From the IMG/VR virus record IMGVR_UViG_3300027899_000008: 64,000 nt of DNA; one strand, given 5' to 3'. Within the stretch, counting starts at the first letter, position 1. Each line of letters opens with the position of its first letter. Positions 27,624-39,004 of this stretch are shown in pieces. The DNA is from a virus. The translations under genes were made by a program, and so were the position numbers. Below the pieces are notes generated by a model. It was not told where the DNA came from. It made no database searches and saw only the letters and a list, made by a program, of their open reading frames with translations.

Positions 27624-29210
27624 CTATTCAATTACAATTCTTCTAAAAAAACTAAATTTTGCTTTTGTATTTTTTGGAATCAACAGAGTATTATATGTCA
27701 AGGCATATGTGCTATATTTATATTTCTTCTTCAATGATTGAGCATATATCATTCCACTATTGTTGATTTGAACTTTATTGCTATTGTTATTTATATAGTT
27801 TGAATTGAACATTGTGGAAGAATAATAATATCCATTCATTTCATCAGAAAATGTTTCTTCATGAGTAGTTAAATAATTTGCGTAGAAATATAATTCATAT
27901 AGAGATGGAATATAATAATCAATGAATCCATTTCTAGGTTTATACTTTATGGTATTTGTCAACTTAGTCTTGATTCCACTAAATGTTAGATTATTTCCAT
28001 ATGTGTTGTAATATCCATCCCACAATGATGTATTATAATAGATGTCATTTTCATCTTCCTCAACGAATGGAATATTGATATTGTGAGTCATGTCAACGAT
28101 GACTGCCCACTTCTTATCAGTTCCTCCTACTCCAATATTCTGAGGATAATGAGTAGATGCTAGGTCAAAATCAATATTTCCATATAATGCCGACCCCTTT
28201 GGATTAACTGGAGAACCAGGTTCATATATTCCAATATAGATTCCACCTTGATATTCCATTCCTATTTCCAACTTCAGAGAATCAAAATCTTCCTGTGTTA
28301 TTCTCTGTGAATCGTATGTATTTTGAATCTTTGTTGGATTCGTCGGTGTATAGGTATCATTACAGAATGGATTTATTGGATACTGAGATTCAACCCAATA
28401 TCCAGTAGCACAAAGCGATTCTGGTGTTATATTACAGGTATATTCATATGACTTTGTATCACTTGATAACTCCAAGGTATAGCAGGAACCAAAGGGTGAG
28501 TTCTTGTATGCCGTTGATTTGTTCATCATTTGTGCTAGTGATCTGTTTCCCGAGCAATTTGCCATTCCCCCAGTACCACCATTCAATCTATATAAAGATT
28601 GATTACATGCTGCTGTAACTCCATAGATTGCGGGATTTGATAATGAACCTAATGCTGCGCATTCTGATGAGAGACAGACATTATCACAGATGACATCAGT
28701 TGGAAATCCTGTCTCTGGATCTCGTGATATGTGGCAACATGCTCTTGGATATCTCGCATCAATCACAAGATTGTCACCAAATTCTGGTGCTGGTTTATAG
28801 CAATACTCTGCTATATTATTAACATTCAAGGTTATACTTGTTTCTGATGTTGGAGTGAACTTTCCCCTTATTCGTTCACATTCACATCGTGATACATTAC
28901 ATACCACTCCAGAATCAAGATATAACCCTCCTGATGCTGTAGGACTTGTTGTGAAATCCCACGGATATGAAAGAAGAGAAGTATCATCCACGAATGAACA
29001 AGCACAGCAACAACCCCTTTCAGTGACGACTCCTGGACAATTTACCGCATCAAGGTTTTCTCCTGGAAAATAATTTCCACCATCATCAAAGCAATCATAG
29101 AATGCCTTGAGTGATTTATTTCCATCCTTATCGCAGCACACACCAATTCCATTCAAAACCTTTGAATAGTCTATTGTTGATTTGATTCGTGAACGAAATT
29201 GAATGGACAT
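27624..29210 (-). CDS. Cys-rich repeat protein with a C-terminal DUF1566/Lcl-like domain; putative tail appendage
   Basis: GVCC/GCCC/RACC repeats; IGMEYQGGIYIG; DYYIPSLYEL...YYSST...FFRRI. Confidence 0.6.
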   Translation of the reverse strand: MSIQFRSRIKSTIDYSKVLNGIGVCCDKDGNKSLKAFYDCFDDGGNYFPGENLDAVNCPGVVTERGCCCACSFVDDTSLLSYPWDFTTSPTASGGLYLDSGVVCNVSRCECERIRGKFTPTSETSITLNVNNIAEYCYKPAPEFGDNLVIDARYPRACCHISRDPETGFPTDVICDNVCLSSECAALGSLSNPAIYGVTAACNQSLYRLNGGTGGMANCSGNRSLAQMMNKSTAYKNSPFGSCYTLELSSDTKSYEYTCNITPESLCATGYWVESQYPINPFCNDTYTPTNPTKIQNTYDSQRITQEDFDSLKLEIGMEYQGGIYIGIYEPGSPVNPKGSALYGNIDFDLASTHYPQNIGVGGTDKKWAVIVDMTHNINIPFVEEDENDIYYNTSLWDGYYNTYGNNLTFSGIKTKLTNTIKYKPRNGFIDYYIPSLYELYFYANYLTTHEETFSDEMNGYYYSSTMFNSNYINNNSNKVQINNSGMIYAQSLKKKYKYSTYALTYNTLLIPKNTKAKFSFFRRIVIE

Positions 29211-29217
29211 ATGTTAG

Positions 29218-32200
29218 TTACTCGCAAAGTTCATAAGCATCGCAATTATCTACACATAGAATGGGAATACAGGTATCTAGATTATTTAGAGAAACTTTCA
29301 CTAGTACTATATTAGAATCTTTAAATCTGTTTACGGGAGGAGGTATAATTGTATCTGTAGTTTGAATTCCAAGAATTCCCTCACAATCTCCAGCATCTGC
29401 TCCTTCAAATCCTTTTGGAGTTCTCTTTCTATCTGATGGATTCTCTATCCATTGTTTATCAAGACCAAGACGAGCCGGCCGATAAAACTTAAGAGGTATA
29501 CACAGAGTGTCATACGGATCCCAAGTAGAGGGCGCCGATGGAATACCCAATCCTGGAATATATGGAATCCAGTAGTCACCAGTGTTGGTTTCACCGAAAT
29601 CACCTGGAAGACGATCATATTTACCTAAAATCCACCAGTTTCCATAGATATCTTGAATCCACCAATGTCCTTCATGCTGATATATTTTAGTGCATCTATC
29701 ACATACATATTCTAATAATCCAGGTTGATTAGGAAGATCAAGTTCAATACATTTTGGATTTTCTGGATCTAAAGTACAAAGCTTACATAAATTGCATTCA
29801 TCACTTTTATATACTGGGCATTTTCCTGCTGATACTGGATCTAGATCTGGAACTTTAAATGTTGGTGCTCCATCGATACCATCATCTGGAAGTTCAGGCA
29901 TTACATACTTTGGAGAATAGAAAAAGCATGGTTTATATCCTTCAATCTCTATTTCTGGACACCATGGAAGTATTCCTGGATATGCTTCTGGTGTATACCA
30001 AGACGGCATAGGCGAACATTCGACTGGATCGATTGTTTGAACTTCTTCTATTAGAGCATTAATGTTTTCAATTTTATCTATTTGTCTGAATACTCTAAAT
30101 GATGATGCTGGTGATGGTGTGAAAATAGGATCAACTTCAGAATCTGGACATCCTCTATATCCTCTACCAGGTATTGGACATCCACAACCAGAATATATCC
30201 AAACTCCTGGACATGGATATATTCCTGCTAATTCGCATTCGTGTTTTCTACACACATCTCGTAAAGCAATACATTGGGCAAGACATGGATCTACTGCATG
30301 AAGAAAATCACATTGATTAACACCATTGATTGTTCGACATGTTCCATAATCAACCCAAAATCCCTGTGAAGGTGATGGTGATTCGGGTGGTAATGTTCCA
30401 GAGTTTATGCATGTAGCACTATTTGCAGGTATAGTTTCAACACTAGTGGTGTTATTAGTTTGATTTGTGCAAGGAGTACCATCATATGTACACAGAGAAG
30501 TTTCACATGATGGGTTACAACAATATAAAGTTCTATCTAAATTAGCCTTAGTACAACCACTTGTGGCGGATTCGCATAAAGTGGTTTTCAATCTTAAATA
30601 TTGTTCAGCTTCAGTATTTGTAATGCTTGAACATATAGTCCAATCAATGTCCGTATTATCACAATCTATTCCGCACTTATCTGGACTACTAGTATCATTA
30701 GGATCAGAATTTGTACAGATGATGCCGTTGTTTCTTCTATAACAGCATCTTACAAGATCAGATAGATCTTCATCTTTACATTGCATAGCGGTAACTATCT
30801 GACATAAATCTTGTGGAGGAGTGCCACCTACCTGATTACAAATTCTTCTAGTAACATCATTCCATACTGAGACATAACCATTTGGACCATTTTTTCTCTT
30901 ATCACACCATCCAAAATTTACACAACAACAAGTACCAGCACCCCATTCTGCACAACCACTATTGTCTGGTCCTCCACTACCTCCACCTGGAGTTGTTGGT
31001 CCATCTGGTCCACCATTTCCTCCACCTTCATCGCCAGCACCTGTATCTGTTGGTGGTGGATCCACGAGACACGCAGAAGTACATTCAGCTTGAGTAACAA
31101 CAATTCCACCATCAACTGGACCTTCGACACATGTTCCACTTCCATTACAAATCCATGTTGTTGTTGGTACGCCATCACAACCAACACAAGACCCAGTGTT
31201 TTGTCCACTAGTGTTTTGTATAACTCGACACACACCATTGTCACAAAAAGAATGCGATCCTGGTGTACCACCGCCACCTCCACCGCCACCTCCAACCTGA
31301 CAACCTTGAAGACAATCATTCAATTCATAAATACCATCTGGTGAAGCAAAACATTGTCCTGTAGTAGTATTACAACTATATTTTTGTGGTGATGTGCCGT
31401 TACACAAACACCCACATGAAATTTCATTACACTTCTCATTCTCACCCATGAATATACCACCCAGAGTAGTACATGCTGTTTTTGATGTATCTGGCAAACA
31501 AGTTGTTGACCCAGTGTTACATATACAGCAAGCACCTGTGGTTGTCGTAAAATCACAACAATCTATAGTCTCACATGTAGATTCATCAGTAGCAATTCCA
31601 CCTAGTATTTGTTCACATTGAATTCGTGAATATAATCCAAGGCATTTGCCATCCTTACAGCAGGAAACAGATGTGCTACATGGATCGTAACAAAATCTTC
31701 CAGCAGTGATTGGTTCTGCCCAATTCTCTCCATCTGGATTGTTTGGATATGTTCCACATGTAATTCCGCTATAAAATACACCACCAAAGGTATCACATTC
31801 AGAAACTGATGTGGTTTCTAAACATTTACCATTTGTGCAGCATATTCCATTTCCAGAACCACATGTATCTTTACATGATTTCAACGGAGAGAAATTACCA
31901 AAATAAAAATCACATTCCCTCTTTGTTGAATAATCCAAACATTCAAGTGTTCCATCAGCATTTTCATAGCAGCATGAACCAAAAAAATGATTGGGAACAC
32001 ATTGAACATCAGGATTTCTGATGTTGTGTCCTCGTTGAGCAACACTTGCTAACCAAGTTGCGCCTTTATCATAAGACATGAATCCAACGATATTTCTACC
32101 ACAAGTCAGATAATTTTCACCTTGTTCAAAATAAACATTCTGTGGAAAATGCCAAACATTATCAGATTCAAATACAATTGTAAAGGAAATGATTTCATTT

Positions 32201-32952
32201 ATTGAAAATGAACTCATTCCAGTGAATCCACGAATACCGATTGGAGTCTCTGCTAAAAATGTTCCTGCCTTTGATATATCAAGAGTGATTGTGTCTTCAA
32301 ATGGTTGAACTGGACCAATGTTTGAAATCAAAGATCCAGAATTCAAATGATATCCATAATCACCAGATGATCCAGAATCTTTTGTTGTTTTTATGAAATT
32401 AATGGAACCTGTATGTCCAAGAAATCCTTGATTCTGAAATATCTTTACAGGAACACCAGATGCCATCGTGTTCGTTGACAGATAAAGTAACCCATAATTG
32501 TAAAGAGATGCGGTATCTAATGAACCTTGAATATTAGAACCATAATATATGCTGTCTATGGAGATATATTCCTGATTGGGTCCAGTGTATGAAAGATAGA
32601 TAGATCCAGTTGCTGTTAATCCTCTGAAGTAGAAGGTTCCACCAACAACTTGACTAAATAACTGATATCCCGTTCCTGCTCTATTTGAACCAGTGACTGC
32701 TGCTGTATCAAAGTATGTGAACCCCTTAAAGGAACCTACTATTTCAGCAGTGCTTCCATCAGAAAATTCAAGAATTAAATTATTTCCTGTAGCACCAGAT
32801 GATATGAAATATTTACCCCTAGGTCCAGTGCCTCCAGTTATTCCAGTTGCTCCGGTTGCTCCGGTTGCTCCTGTTGGTCCTTTTGGTCCGCGTGGTCCCT
32901 GTGGTCCGTATAGATTAATTGATGAAATCGCACTGCTGCTCATTGTTGACAA
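29218..32952 (-). CDS. Large collagen-like, Cys-rich repeat virion/tail-fibre protein
   Basis: N-terminal Gly-X-Y run (GPQGPRGPKGPTGATG), GSCC/GICC/GACC repeats, poly-Gly linkers. Confidence 0.6.
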   Translation of the reverse strand: MSTMSSSAISSINLYGPQGPRGPKGPTGATGATGATGITGGTGPRGKYFISSGATGNNLILEFSDGSTAEIVGSFKGFTYFDTAAVTGSNRAGTGYQLFSQVVGGTFYFRGLTATGSIYLSYTGPNQEYISIDSIYYGSNIQGSLDTASLYNYGLLYLSTNTMASGVPVKIFQNQGFLGHTGSINFIKTTKDSGSSGDYGYHLNSGSLISNIGPVQPFEDTITLDISKAGTFLAETPIGIRGFTGMSSFSINEIISFTIVFESDNVWHFPQNVYFEQGENYLTCGRNIVGFMSYDKGATWLASVAQRGHNIRNPDVQCVPNHFFGSCCYENADGTLECLDYSTKRECDFYFGNFSPLKSCKDTCGSGNGICCTNGKCLETTSVSECDTFGGVFYSGITCGTYPNNPDGENWAEPITAGRFCYDPCSTSVSCCKDGKCLGLYSRIQCEQILGGIATDESTCETIDCCDFTTTTGACCICNTGSTTCLPDTSKTACTTLGGIFMGENEKCNEISCGCLCNGTSPQKYSCNTTTGQCFASPDGIYELNDCLQGCQVGGGGGGGGGTPGSHSFCDNGVCRVIQNTSGQNTGSCVGCDGVPTTTWICNGSGTCVEGPVDGGIVVTQAECTSACLVDPPPTDTGAGDEGGGNGGPDGPTTPGGGSGGPDNSGCAEWGAGTCCCVNFGWCDKRKNGPNGYVSVWNDVTRRICNQVGGTPPQDLCQIVTAMQCKDEDLSDLVRCCYRRNNGIICTNSDPNDTSSPDKCGIDCDNTDIDWTICSSITNTEAEQYLRLKTTLCESATSGCTKANLDRTLYCCNPSCETSLCTYDGTPCTNQTNNTTSVETIPANSATCINSGTLPPESPSPSQGFWVDYGTCRTINGVNQCDFLHAVDPCLAQCIALRDVCRKHECELAGIYPCPGVWIYSGCGCPIPGRGYRGCPDSEVDPIFTPSPASSFRVFRQIDKIENINALIEEVQTIDPVECSPMPSWYTPEAYPGILPWCPEIEIEGYKPCFFYSPKYVMPELPDDGIDGAPTFKVPDLDPVSAGKCPVYKSDECNLCKLCTLDPENPKCIELDLPNQPGLLEYVCDRCTKIYQHEGHWWIQDIYGNWWILGKYDRLPGDFGETNTGDYWIPYIPGLGIPSAPSTWDPYDTLCIPLKFYRPARLGLDKQWIENPSDRKRTPKGFEGADAGDCEGILGIQTTDTIIPPPVNRFKDSNIVLVKVSLNNLDTCIPILCVDNCDAYELCE

Positions 32953-35900
32953 AATCTTTCTAATTTATCTATACACGAAGCGCATTTATTATCCGGATCA
33001 GTGTAATACAATCCATTCATAATATCTTCGTTGTAGAAGAATCCATCGCAAGTGACTACCAATGGTATTCTGCGAACAGGTCTTAATGCTGCTCCCTTTA
33101 TTCTTCTATCCTTGCTGTTCATTCTTCCCATATCGGTTGGATTTGATGAGTTGAATGTCTGTGTCAACATCTTCTGACCATTACAGACTGACATGGTGAA
33201 TTTATAAGCATCGTCAGATGTGAATTGAAATGTTTGATTTGAACTGGTCAATCTGCTTGTAGCTAAATATGGTTCTAGTTTAGCATCTATTTGTTCTAGA
33301 CGATAATAATCCTTGTTCTTGAAGTCTTGTTGGTCCCATGATTGTAATCTACCTACACTAGTAGAACTCCAATATTCCTTTTCTACAAGAGGTTTAGAAC
33401 CATCAATCATCAATCCATTATTCAAATCTTCTATATTGTTGTAGATATAATTCAATTCAGTTATACTTGGAATATACCAATCCCCATAACCATACAATGA
33501 AGATGAATTTATATTTGATATGACTCTCAGAGCAGAATCAAATGGATTGTTATCTTGCCAAACTTGAGTATATGCTTCTTTGAACTTTTGCTTATTTGTT
33601 GTAATTTCTGTTTGATTTACAGAAGGATTCCAGAATGAACCAGAACCAGTTGAGAATCTTAGATACGCATATTCATCAACGTCATTTCCATCCATATCAC
33701 GAAACCATAATCCTGGTGTCTGTGTTGAGGTTTCGTCATAAATTCTTGTAGTCAATAATCCATCAACGGGATATGTTGTGACTTCCTCAAGTAGTGCCTT
33801 TTGTGGGACTCCACTAGCATTTGCCTTGTGTCTTCCTTCTACCATTCCCCATCTCAAGTTTCTACTTTGACCAGATGTCGCATCCTCGGGAGCAACAATC
33901 AATGCCCACATGATATGAATGTTATTAGCACCATATACTTGTTTTGCGAGATACTTGTATAGATTATTGCTTGCTTCAAAATATTCAACAGCAAGTCCAG
34001 TGTCAATTAGATTATAGGAATATGTTCCATTATTTGCGCTGTATGCTATAGTTCCCTTGAACATCACATCTGCTGGCCAGGAAACATTACCCAATTCAAA
34101 TACTTGTTGAATGAATGGAACACCAGTTTTCAACAAGCACTTTGTCTGTAACGCTTCAACTGGAAGAATCTCTGGATAGGTTCTCGCAAAATACTTAATG
34201 GAACCATTATTCGATCCAGTGGCATTTCCAATACAAGTCTTACATCTCCATCTTGTATCTAAGTAATTTGCGCCTCTTGGTTTAATCAAGCATTCCAATG
34301 GTTCTCCAAAAGCAACATTTGGTTGACTGAAATTGGAACATGGATTTGGCATACCGACAAATCCTGCGAAATAACCACCTGCGAGTTTATCACCAATATT
34401 CAAGCAATTGAAATTTTGATTTTCCCCATATGCCTTACAACTATTTGCGCACACTCCTGTGAAATAATTATCTTGATATACTTGTCCACAGCAACTCTGT
34501 GTGCCACATGTTGTACCAGAGCCCATGAATGTTCCAATATCATTACAAGCTGCTGGCATTGTGTTCTCACAATTACCACCAGTTAAACAACAAGCACCAA
34601 ATAAATTATTTGCTGCGCAGCACACAGCATCATCTAATTCAGAGGTACATGTCGCTCCTGCTATAAATAATGACGATGGAATTCCAGAGCATTCTGCTTC
34701 TGTTAATTGAAAGCATCGTCCCTTTACACAACATTTACCTCGTTGATTTATAGTACAGAAATTTGTTGGGCATGAGAAATATTCTTCACCTTCCCATAGA
34801 TTACAAACTTTTCCAGGAAAGAAATATCCATTGTATAGAGAACATTTTTCCTGAGTTGTATTCAAGCACTTGGATTCGTTTGTTTCATTATCGTATATAC
34901 AACAAGAACCTTCAAAGAAGCAATCGCTTCCAGTGGTTCTATTATCGCATGAATTTGTGTTGAATATACCTCCAACAGAAATACAAAATTCCTGTGAGAT
35001 ATAATCAAGACATGTCTTTTGCTTAGAATCATCATCGCAATAGCAGCAAGAACCTATCTTGGTTCTGTCGAAATTCTGTGGTGTGAAAGTATCACGAGCG
35101 GTATAACCACTCAATGGCATGAAGTTGATTTGATTAACCAACGACCCACCAGTCACTCCAAAATACATTGTCAGATTTATCTTGTTTGGAATATTGGCAG
35201 CAGAACTTGCTGGATTCAGAACATATATCCCACTTGAATTATCAATAAAATCTGGTTCGAATGTGGTAGCAAAACTACCAGTTCCATTCGTAACTCCACC
35301 TACATTACCGGTATTGTAGAATATAAATGATGTTGGATTATCAAGATTGCGATATGATTGAAATTCAAATGACCCACTTACACCAACCCCATAATTCTTA
35401 TTCCATTCCATTGGTTCGCGCATGGAAACAAAATCAAGATACATCTGATTTTGTTTTGGGTCCCATTTAGTGTTTTCAGCACCTCTCGCTTTTGTGATAT
35501 CCTGACTTGAGACATATAATAACTCTCCGGTATTCCCAAGAACAAAAATATTGCCTAGGGTAGAACCAAATAAACTTAAGGTATTGTCACCTTGAGTACC
35601 AGTAAAAGTTACTAGATTTGATGTGAGATTTAATCTGTCAAATACAACAGAAGGATCTGACTTTAAATAATCTGTTTCGATATCTGAACCAATATTATTG
35701 GAAACATCTTCTTTATACACACCCATTGGTTTAATTGTGAAGAAGGATGTGGTATCATTCGCACCATCATCAAATAGTCCCTTTAGCGACACAAAAGCAA
35801 ATGAAAGTCCATTTGCGAAGAACTTAATAGCGGTTGAAAGACTACCATTATCACCAGTTGCTCCAGTGATTCCATTTCCAGTTGAACCAAATACAGAATT

Positions 35901-36014
35901 AGAGCCTGTTGGGCCTGTTGGTCCAGATGGGCCTGTTCCTCCGGTTGGTCCTGTTATGCCAATGGCGTTTTTGAAACTTACATTTGTTTGAAATGATATT
36001 CTTGATGAACTCAT
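32940..36014 (-). CDS. Collagen + Cys-rich repeats + DUF1566-like putative receptor-binding protein
   Basis: GPTG repeats; GSCC/GKCC/GACC; IGDKLAGGYFAG; DWYIPSITEL...YWSST...RPVRR. Confidence 0.65.
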   Translation of the reverse strand: MSSSRISFQTNVSFKNAIGITGPTGGTGPSGPTGPTGSNSVFGSTGNGITGATGDNGSLSTAIKFFANGLSFAFVSLKGLFDDGANDTTSFFTIKPMGVYKEDVSNNIGSDIETDYLKSDPSVVFDRLNLTSNLVTFTGTQGDNTLSLFGSTLGNIFVLGNTGELLYVSSQDITKARGAENTKWDPKQNQMYLDFVSMREPMEWNKNYGVGVSGSFEFQSYRNLDNPTSFIFYNTGNVGGVTNGTGSFATTFEPDFIDNSSGIYVLNPASSAANIPNKINLTMYFGVTGGSLVNQINFMPLSGYTARDTFTPQNFDRTKIGSCCYCDDDSKQKTCLDYISQEFCISVGGIFNTNSCDNRTTGSDCFFEGSCCIYDNETNESKCLNTTQEKCSLYNGYFFPGKVCNLWEGEEYFSCPTNFCTINQRGKCCVKGRCFQLTEAECSGIPSSLFIAGATCTSELDDAVCCAANNLFGACCLTGGNCENTMPAACNDIGTFMGSGTTCGTQSCCGQVYQDNYFTGVCANSCKAYGENQNFNCLNIGDKLAGGYFAGFVGMPNPCSNFSQPNVAFGEPLECLIKPRGANYLDTRWRCKTCIGNATGSNNGSIKYFARTYPEILPVEALQTKCLLKTGVPFIQQVFELGNVSWPADVMFKGTIAYSANNGTYSYNLIDTGLAVEYFEASNNLYKYLAKQVYGANNIHIMWALIVAPEDATSGQSRNLRWGMVEGRHKANASGVPQKALLEEVTTYPVDGLLTTRIYDETSTQTPGLWFRDMDGNDVDEYAYLRFSTGSGSFWNPSVNQTEITTNKQKFKEAYTQVWQDNNPFDSALRVISNINSSSLYGYGDWYIPSITELNYIYNNIEDLNNGLMIDGSKPLVEKEYWSSTSVGRLQSWDQQDFKNKDYYRLEQIDAKLEPYLATSRLTSSNQTFQFTSDDAYKFTMSVCNGQKMLTQTFNSSNPTDMGRMNSKDRRIKGAALRPVRRIPLVVTCDGFFYNEDIMNGLYYTDPDNKCASCIDKLERFCQQ

Positions 36015-38998
36015 GATGGACCATTTATGATATTATTTATTGCCAAATTTGGAACTTTCCAGAATCTATAATATTTAGATGGATTACTATTCGTATCATA
36101 ATATCTACCATCACATCGCATCATTCTTACAGGTCTAACTTCATTTTTATCTAATCTATCCGCTTTCTTGATCTTCACAGAAGTTAGATTTGTTGTATCA
36201 ATCTGAGTTGCCCATGCTTTAGTGCCATGTGATACTGGAAAGGTTTGATTACCTTCAAGTGTAATTCCTAGAGGATTTGTGGTTTGCCAATATTCACCTG
36301 TATTACCTTCATTAAATGTTCCAGTGGACGACCAAACCCATCCATTAGCACCCAAATTAGGTTCGCCAATTGGAACACCTCCAGCATTCACTATAAATCC
36401 ATTCAAATCTTCACTTGCTATTTTATCGGCAATGAATGAAAGCTCATCCATACTTGGAATATACCAATTAGATATTTTTGGAAAATATATACTAGATTCC
36501 ATTGTTTTTATGTTGAATGCCGATATTGCTTCTCCAGCACTTTGCTGACTTGTGTTCCATGGTGAAGGATTAAATGTAAATCCTTCACCAAATGTATAAC
36601 TGAGTCCATAACCAGCATTAAATGCTGTATCAGTATTATTCGCATGTCTTTCAGCACAAACCATTCTTATAGTGTTGTATAGTCCCCAACTTGGATTCCA
36701 TTTTCCATTGAATGTTGTTCTTCCTCTTTCTAATCCGTGACCACTTCTATAGAATGGATTTGAATCATATTTCTGAACACAAGTTTCAAACGAATAGGCA
36801 TTTCCATAATATGTCAATCCACTTGGCGTATTAAATACATACCAACCTTCATCTCTAGTTACATCTCCTGGAAATGGTTCATCGCCAACTGGTATGTTTT
36901 CGTTATAGTCTGCGAAACCACCAGTATCAGTCATGATGTTACCAAAATATGTTCCACCATGACTCCATGTGAATTTCTTAAGATTGGTTTTATCGAGAGT
37001 ATTTGTTGATATTATATTTTGGGCATCATTATTCAACATCACTGGATACTTGGAAACAATCAACAACCAGGAATCTTCATCACAACTAGTTTTAGTAAAT
37101 CCATAACCATTATTGTTATACTTGCTAAAATAACGTTCAGCAACTCGCTCATCTCCATTTGTCAATAGATTGAAAATAGATGAATTGGTATCAGTAGATC
37201 CCAGAACACCACCAAATGCTGTATTTCCTAGGCATATAGAACCATTTGGATTGAAAATACCAACTACAATTCCACCCTCAATCTCTTCTCCATATTCTAC
37301 CAACGGAATACCTGGAATTGGATTCCAACATGTCTTCACACAATCAAACTCGCCACAAGTACTACATTTGCCAAAATATAGATGTCCTTGCTGTATACAG
37401 AGATTTCCATTCACTGCTTCTGTACATGTTTGTATTGAAGGGTCACAACAACCACCAGACCCACCAACACATCTTTCTGTTCCATTTATTAAATCACAAT
37501 TATAACCATATCCTTGAAAATAACCAGCACTAGCTGTACACGCTTCTGGTGTAATATCTGGTTCACAACCTCCACGACCATCACAACATGGTCCAAGACC
37601 AAGAAACGCATTTTCACAATTTATATCTTCCACAGCATCAAAATTACAATTCCTTGGACTCCAGATATACTCAACACCATCATGTGATTTTGCCAGCGAT
37701 GCGCACGCGCAAGAAGTGACAAAATCATTGATTCTCTCAATTGAATTATTTGTGTGTTTGATACAACAAACTCCAAGTTCGCCACATAGTGTATCGCAAG
37801 TAGCAAGAGTCATTCCTTGGTAGAATGTGCCATCACATAATACTTCTATTGTTTCAAACGCGGAAAGACCGCAATCAGTTGGACAGCAGACACCAAATAT
37901 ATTTACACCAGATGCGCATTTATAGTTTACATTTCTGATGTCAATTATTGTTGGAATTTTACCAACTATTCCAGTTTCATCTGCTGTTGATGCGCTGAAG
38001 GTAAATCCAAGATGACTGAAATCAGCGTGCCAGACATCTCCAATTGAAATTAAATTCAATATATCAACATGGTCAGTCAAGCATGGTGGAAGTGATATTG
38101 GCCATGATATTCCATACTCTAGATTGTCAATATCCGGAGTTGCTGTGATATCATCTGTAGTCGCATATAGTGTGCTGAATTCCATCGAAGAAGTCACACC
38201 ATCAGGAACAATTATAGTCAATCCTCTAGATACCAATTCATTTGCTGGTGAGCGAATATTGATTATTTGACTCACCACATCTTTTCCAACAGAATTGTAA
38301 CTATTGAGTCTAAATATATTTCCTTTTTCCCAGTCAATATTCCAATAGTAAAATCCTCTTGTAGCATCAGTTCCAAGCGGAGAAAACTCCGCATTGACAA
38401 ACAAAATCTTTTCTGAATAATTTCCAATTTGAGTGTTTATTGTTTTTGTTGCTTCATCATAGAAACTTCCAGTATGACCATATTGTTTATCACCTGGTTT
38501 GTTGTATAGAATCTGATTGGATGACCCACCAGATACTCCAATATAAGCAAGATTGAATATGGTATAATCTACTTTAATATTTCCAGATGTATCATCTCTT
38601 ATTGATATGATATTTGGAGAACCTGTGGTCAGTCCTCTCAACTTGATTAGATTATGTGGACCCTTATTGTCATTGGGATTATTATATTGAGCAGAAACCC
38701 CATAGACTATATTGAAGCCAAGAGATAATACATCTGCTCCCGCTTGAATATAGTAATTGCCTGTCGCTCCTCTTAACTTATTGATTGAAGTTGCTACAAA
38801 CCCATCATCATACTGCGTAGCAATAAATCCTGAAGCATTGAGAGTCATTCCAGTTATAGAAGGACCCGTTGCTCCCGTTCTTCCTGCGTTGCCTGTATTG
38901 CCCTGTGCGCCTGTAGGACCGATAGGACCAGATATTCCAGTCTTTCCTGTTAATCCGGATATCTTTGGATTTATTAATGGACTACTTCCGTAAATCAT
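36011..38998 (-). CDS. Collagen + Cys-rich repeats + DUF1566-like putative receptor-binding protein
   Basis: GLTGKTGISGPIGPTG; GVCC/GPCC/GGCC; YGEEIEGGIVVG; NWYIPSMDEL...WSST...VRPVR. Confidence 0.65.
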   Translation of the reverse strand: MIYGSSPLINPKISGLTGKTGISGPIGPTGAQGNTGNAGRTGATGPSITGMTLNASGFIATQYDDGFVATSINKLRGATGNYYIQAGADVLSLGFNIVYGVSAQYNNPNDNKGPHNLIKLRGLTTGSPNIISIRDDTSGNIKVDYTIFNLAYIGVSGGSSNQILYNKPGDKQYGHTGSFYDEATKTINTQIGNYSEKILFVNAEFSPLGTDATRGFYYWNIDWEKGNIFRLNSYNSVGKDVVSQIINIRSPANELVSRGLTIIVPDGVTSSMEFSTLYATTDDITATPDIDNLEYGISWPISLPPCLTDHVDILNLISIGDVWHADFSHLGFTFSASTADETGIVGKIPTIIDIRNVNYKCASGVNIFGVCCPTDCGLSAFETIEVLCDGTFYQGMTLATCDTLCGELGVCCIKHTNNSIERINDFVTSCACASLAKSHDGVEYIWSPRNCNFDAVEDINCENAFLGLGPCCDGRGGCEPDITPEACTASAGYFQGYGYNCDLINGTERCVGGSGGCCDPSIQTCTEAVNGNLCIQQGHLYFGKCSTCGEFDCVKTCWNPIPGIPLVEYGEEIEGGIVVGIFNPNGSICLGNTAFGGVLGSTDTNSSIFNLLTNGDERVAERYFSKYNNNGYGFTKTSCDEDSWLLIVSKYPVMLNNDAQNIISTNTLDKTNLKKFTWSHGGTYFGNIMTDTGGFADYNENIPVGDEPFPGDVTRDEGWYVFNTPSGLTYYGNAYSFETCVQKYDSNPFYRSGHGLERGRTTFNGKWNPSWGLYNTIRMVCAERHANNTDTAFNAGYGLSYTFGEGFTFNPSPWNTSQQSAGEAISAFNIKTMESSIYFPKISNWYIPSMDELSFIADKIASEDLNGFIVNAGGVPIGEPNLGANGWVWSSTGTFNEGNTGEYWQTTNPLGITLEGNQTFPVSHGTKAWATQIDTTNLTSVKIKKADRLDKNEVRPVRMMRCDGRYYDTNSNPSKYYRFWKVPNLAINNIINGPS

Positions 38999-39004
38999 GA
39001 GTTA

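Noticed and set aside
27624-38998. Complete diversity-generating retroelement
   Set aside because: No reverse transcriptase, Avd or TR/VR repeat pair seen in the window.
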